Assembly: GCA_002269645.1 (NCBI GenBank)
Contig: NIVC01000512.1
Span: 364,661-407,097, forward strand
DNA length: 42,437 bases
Reading direction: 5' to 3'
Origin: Macrostomum lignano
Lineage: Eukaryota
Shown one piece after another: positions 19,116 to 42,437 of this stretch (position 1 is its first letter; every line of letters begins with the position of its first letter). The notes under the pieces are model-generated. The model made no database searches. It was given only the letters and a program-made list of their open reading frames with translations, and was not told the DNA's origin. A program made the translations under genes and the position numbers.

Positions 19116-21611
19116 CCTCCCCCCCTCTCTCTCTCTGGCCCCGCTGCGTACAATGCGCTCTAGCTGTCGGCACATTTCTCCCGATCAGACTCAAATTACT
19201 GGCTTATCTCCCCCTAAATGTCCCAAGACTCCCAACCGGTGTTGCGCCTCAGCAGCAAGCAGGCAAGTAGTTGAGATGGTCCTGAAAGTCCTGGCCAAGT
19301 TGCTGCTATCAAAAGTAGCTTACGAACGTTCGTCTAACACATAATGAGGCGGGTCAGAAAGTTGAGGCGCGGTAGTGGCGCGTATAGGGAAGGAATTTTT
19401 TTCTAACGGCTGGCAGAGTTGAGGAGAGAGAATTTAGGGAGTAGCGCACAGAAGTGTTTCTGTACTCAAGCGCACAACAGCTGCGATATCCCTTCGTGAG
19501 ACTTCTGGCCGTCTCGCTTTGCTCCCACAGAACTTGGCAGTGTGCATTTCAGAGTTCATATTAAGGGGCGACGCGATTCACGTGCGCAGCAGCAGAAGAA
19601 CTTGTGCGGACTCAATCTGCGAGCTCTGTGCACTTGCGGCCCCGCTCTTGGCCCTGAAGAATGCACTGATTGAAATGATAGGCTCACTAATTGCAGTCTG
19701 GTATCTGCCTCTGCCTGTCCTCTTATTTATTCAATCTCTGCCTCTGTTGGAGCAGTCTAATTCTCAATGTAGTGGTGGTGGCAGTTGTGCCTCTCACATC
19801 AAAATACCCGAAGGTTTTTTCGTGCGATTGCCGTCCATACGGGCCAAGCTTCATGGCGCAGAGTGTGCAACATTCCAGTGACTGTCGATTATCTTCAAAG
19901 ATCGACGTATATGTACTTTTGAAACTCGCAGGCCACAATAGATCTATGCAAAATATCGACCAAGGCTTCTATTGATTGAGCAGTATGAAACAGATCATTT
20001 TCACGTTTCGAAATTCTCGTCCAGGGAGCATCAGGAGTTTCCGGTGTCAAGGTCGCACTTGTCTAGCGAATATTCCCTGTCAAAATCAGATCCTCGTTAA
20101 GGATTGCCCGTTAAAGGTCATCATTTAGGGTCAGCGCTACCTTTAAAAATGGGTGGAATACACCGAGACGGCTGTTTTCTTTGAGTTGATTTTAAAACTC
20201 TTGCATTGGGAAATGGACTTAAATTTCTATTAAGAGAATTAATTCACTTTGGATCTACTGCATACTTGTTCTTCTAAATAAGTCATCCAGCGTCCCATAT
20301 TTATGTGTGATTTCTTTAGTGACCAAACCTAGGCAAAATAACTCGTAACTCGATTTTTCAGCCTCGTAGTTGAAATATTATCTGCAATTATGTCTCCAGA
20401 CGAAATCGAAACGACATTGTTGTATACGCAAAGGACACAATTCTTGTTTATTCTTTGCACAATCTCAACCTACATTAAATGCCTAATGTCTTAGATGGTA
20501 AACCTCAGCTCTCTCCACCAAGCAGCTGGGTGCTCATAAAGCCAAGGTTTCACATTGTTAAACAAACAAAGGATTTGACGAAGAATGTCCCAAGGGGAAA
20601 GGGGAAAGAAGGGGAGTAGAAGGGGAAAAACTAAAAAGGGAAGAGTAGAAATCTGCGAAAAAGTGTGGAAGAAAAGAGCCGAAGTTTTTAGGTGGGCGAG
20701 TTAAAATTACTTGGATTCAAAAAACCAAACACGAAGCAATTTAAAATCAATGCTTCGAAAAATAGCGATGCCCAGTCTCAGACAGCACAGCATGCCTAGC
20801 AGGTTTTCAGCGGATTTTATTAGTGAGCCTCTTGGTATACGGAGTAGATTTAGAGCAAAGATACGAATAATTATATTGAGTAGAAAATTACAATCCACAA
20901 AAATAAACAAACAGTGCCAAATCCGGTTGAAAAATCTCGTTTTGGAACAGAGTAGGTCGATGGCACCTTTCAGATAAGGTGCATTCCACCTAACCAGCTT
21001 CGCGCACTGCTCTAATTACTCTATTCACTCGCAAGGAAGATGATAGGATTAACAATAATCTAAGGACGGTGCATATAGGGTGACCGGCAGCCTATATGAG
21101 TGAGAGCAGTGAGCATGTCTCTGCGCTTGAGATGTGGTAAAAACAACTCTAATACGTATAGGACTCTAGCCTAGGCAAATATCTGGTGAGGAGGTTTGCA
21201 GTCATTTGAGAAACAATAATAAAAACGGACGGAGCGAAGCAGAAAGTGACTGCAAATTAAAACAAAATAACTAAACATTCGAAACGAAAGTTCCAAAAAA
21301 CCATTTCTAGGCTACACAAAACTGTTCGGAAAAAACATCGAAAAATGATTAATAAACAGAAAAATAAAACTAAAAGCAGATCTAAGCATCTAGCGGGACT
21401 GGGGAATGAAAGGTAAATGAGAGGAAAAATGAGCTACACAAAGAGAAACAAATTAACTTGCAAGGATTATAAGGTCGAGGATGTACTTTTCTTGCTAATG
21501 GGGATCCGGGCTGAGGGGAGAAGGAACTGACAGGGAATCGAGCGGTTTTATGCTGCAGAAAAGGCAACCCAGTTGCTACTTTCGGGGCCGTGATGACTCA
21601 TGGCTGTACTT

Positions 21612-21617
21612 TTTATT
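21612..21617 (-). terminator. AATAAA polyadenylation signal candidate for the spectrin-repeat gene
   Basis: tttatt on plus, about 255 nt downstream of the TGA at 21871. Confidence 0.5.
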
Positions 21618-21870
21618 CTAAGCATCAATGAATTCGAGTACGCCTAAATGTATAAACACTACTGCATGCTGCGACGCTTAGCAACTGTGAGATATCGAGC
21701 AAGTGAGCAGTCGAGTCCACAATATGATGAATTATAGCAAACAATAGCAAAGGAAGCTGGAATAGGAATTGAAGCACAGTCTCAGTTTGGAGACCGGATT
21801 CAGGTAGGCCGTGAAGGTGGCACAGGCAAGTTGTCAGTTCAGTCAGGCGGGGGAAGGGATCATTTGAAGG

Positions 21871-41362
<19,492 letters not shown>

Positions 41363-41430
41363 CTGATGGAGTGATTGTTTTGCGTTTGTTAGTGCTTTTA
41401 AAGTAGCTCTGAGTAGCTGAGAAAGTATAA

Positions 41431-42260
41431 CGCTTCAGAGAGTGAGCTGGTGACTGACACCCACACAATGTCTCAGAGAGTGAGCTGGTGACTGACACCC
41501 ACGCATCGCTTCAGAGAGTGGGCTGGTGACTGACACCCACCCAATGCCTCAGAGAGTGAGCTGGTGACTGACACCCACCCAATGCCTCAGAGAGTGGGCT
41601 GGTGACTGACACCCACCCAATGCCTCAGAGAGTGGGCTGGTGACTGACACCCACCCAATGCCTCAGAGAGTGGGCTGGTGACTGACACCCACCCATGCCT
41701 CAGAGAGTGCTGGTGACTGACACCCACCCAATGCCTCAGAGAGTGAGCTGGTGACGACTGACACCCACCAATGCCTCAGAGAGTGGGCTGGTGACTGACA
41801 CCCACCCAATGCCTCAGAGAGTGAGCTGGTGACTGACACCCACCCAATGCCTCAGAGAGTGGGCTGGTGACTGACACCCACCCAATGCCTCAGAGAGTGG
41901 GCTGGTGACTGACACCCACCCAATGCCTCAGAGAGTGAGCTGGTGACGACTGACACCCACGCAACGCTTCAGAGAGTGAGATTATTGCTGATAGAAAACT
42001 GTACCTCAAATATTTTTAAGAGAGTGAGTGTCCAGACTGACACCCAAACGCTTCAGAGAGTGAGCTGGTGACTGACACCCACCCAATGCCTTAGAGAGTG
42101 AGCTGGTGACTGACACCCACCCAATGCCTTAGAGAGTGAGCTAGTGACTGACACCCACCCAATGCCTCAGAGAGTGAGCTGGTGACGACTGACACCCACG
42201 CAACGCTTCGGAGAGTGAGATTATTGCTGATAGAAAACTGTACCTCAAATATTTTTAAGG
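41431..42260. repeat. ~38-bp tandem satellite with a duplicated flank
   Basis: Unit gcctcagagagtgggctggtgactgacacccacccaat, about 19 copies in two blocks; each block ends in the same non-repeat segment (about 41980-42020 and 42220-42260). Confidence 0.93.
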
Positions 42261-42437
42261 GTTTAAAGTGTTTTCCAGTACGTCGAAAACAAATAGCTTT
42301 CAAATAGATTAGCCAGGTGATTAATTCATGGCAACGCCGGTTGGCATAATTCATGACTAGCGACACTAGTGATCAATTAGTTTGATTGAAGCTAGAAAAT
42401 GACGCCTGCCTAAGCTGCATTAAAACCCTTTCCCCTC

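Noticed and set aside
20111-20146. TTAA-flanked mini inverted repeat (Kolobok/piggyBac-like)
   Set aside because: Only about 8 bp of pairing in AT-rich DNA; compatible with chance.
41431-42215. CRISPR-like array (about 38-bp palindromic repeats)
   Set aside because: Units are directly adjacent with no unique spacers, there are no cas genes, and the context is a eukaryotic intron.

Overview
Eukaryotic (metazoan) genomic DNA with GC-rich exons and AT-rich, repeat-laden introns. The style suggests a flatworm such as Macrostomum, which is inference only. Three intron-containing genes lie head-to-tail, all on the minus strand. (1) The 3' ~3,000 codons of a giant nesprin/Msp300-type spectrin-repeat gene (41362 to 21871), whose 5' end is outside the window. 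It has a 3.7-kb exon, a GC-AG intron and no recognisable KASH domain. (2) A complete 11-exon, 303-aa six-EF-hand calbindin-32/Cbp53E-like gene (18907 to 11630). (3) A compact insulin-receptor-substrate (IRS)-like PH+PTB gene (about 6480 to 644) that is mostly invisible in the ORF track and whose start is unresolved. Introns and spacers hold a DD34D mariner with intact TIRs and TA duplication, a Crypton/DUF3504-type tyrosine-recombinase fossil, two LINE fragments, a Tc1/IS630 HTH fragment, two tRNA-derived SINE families, MITEs and several mini/microsatellites. At least four single-base deletions break otherwise intact exons; these are probably long-read errors. I cannot demonstrate a new biological system here. 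The most promising leads are the atypical IRS tail, the KASH-less or tail-anchored nesprin 3' end, and the recombinase fossil with a site-like palindrome.
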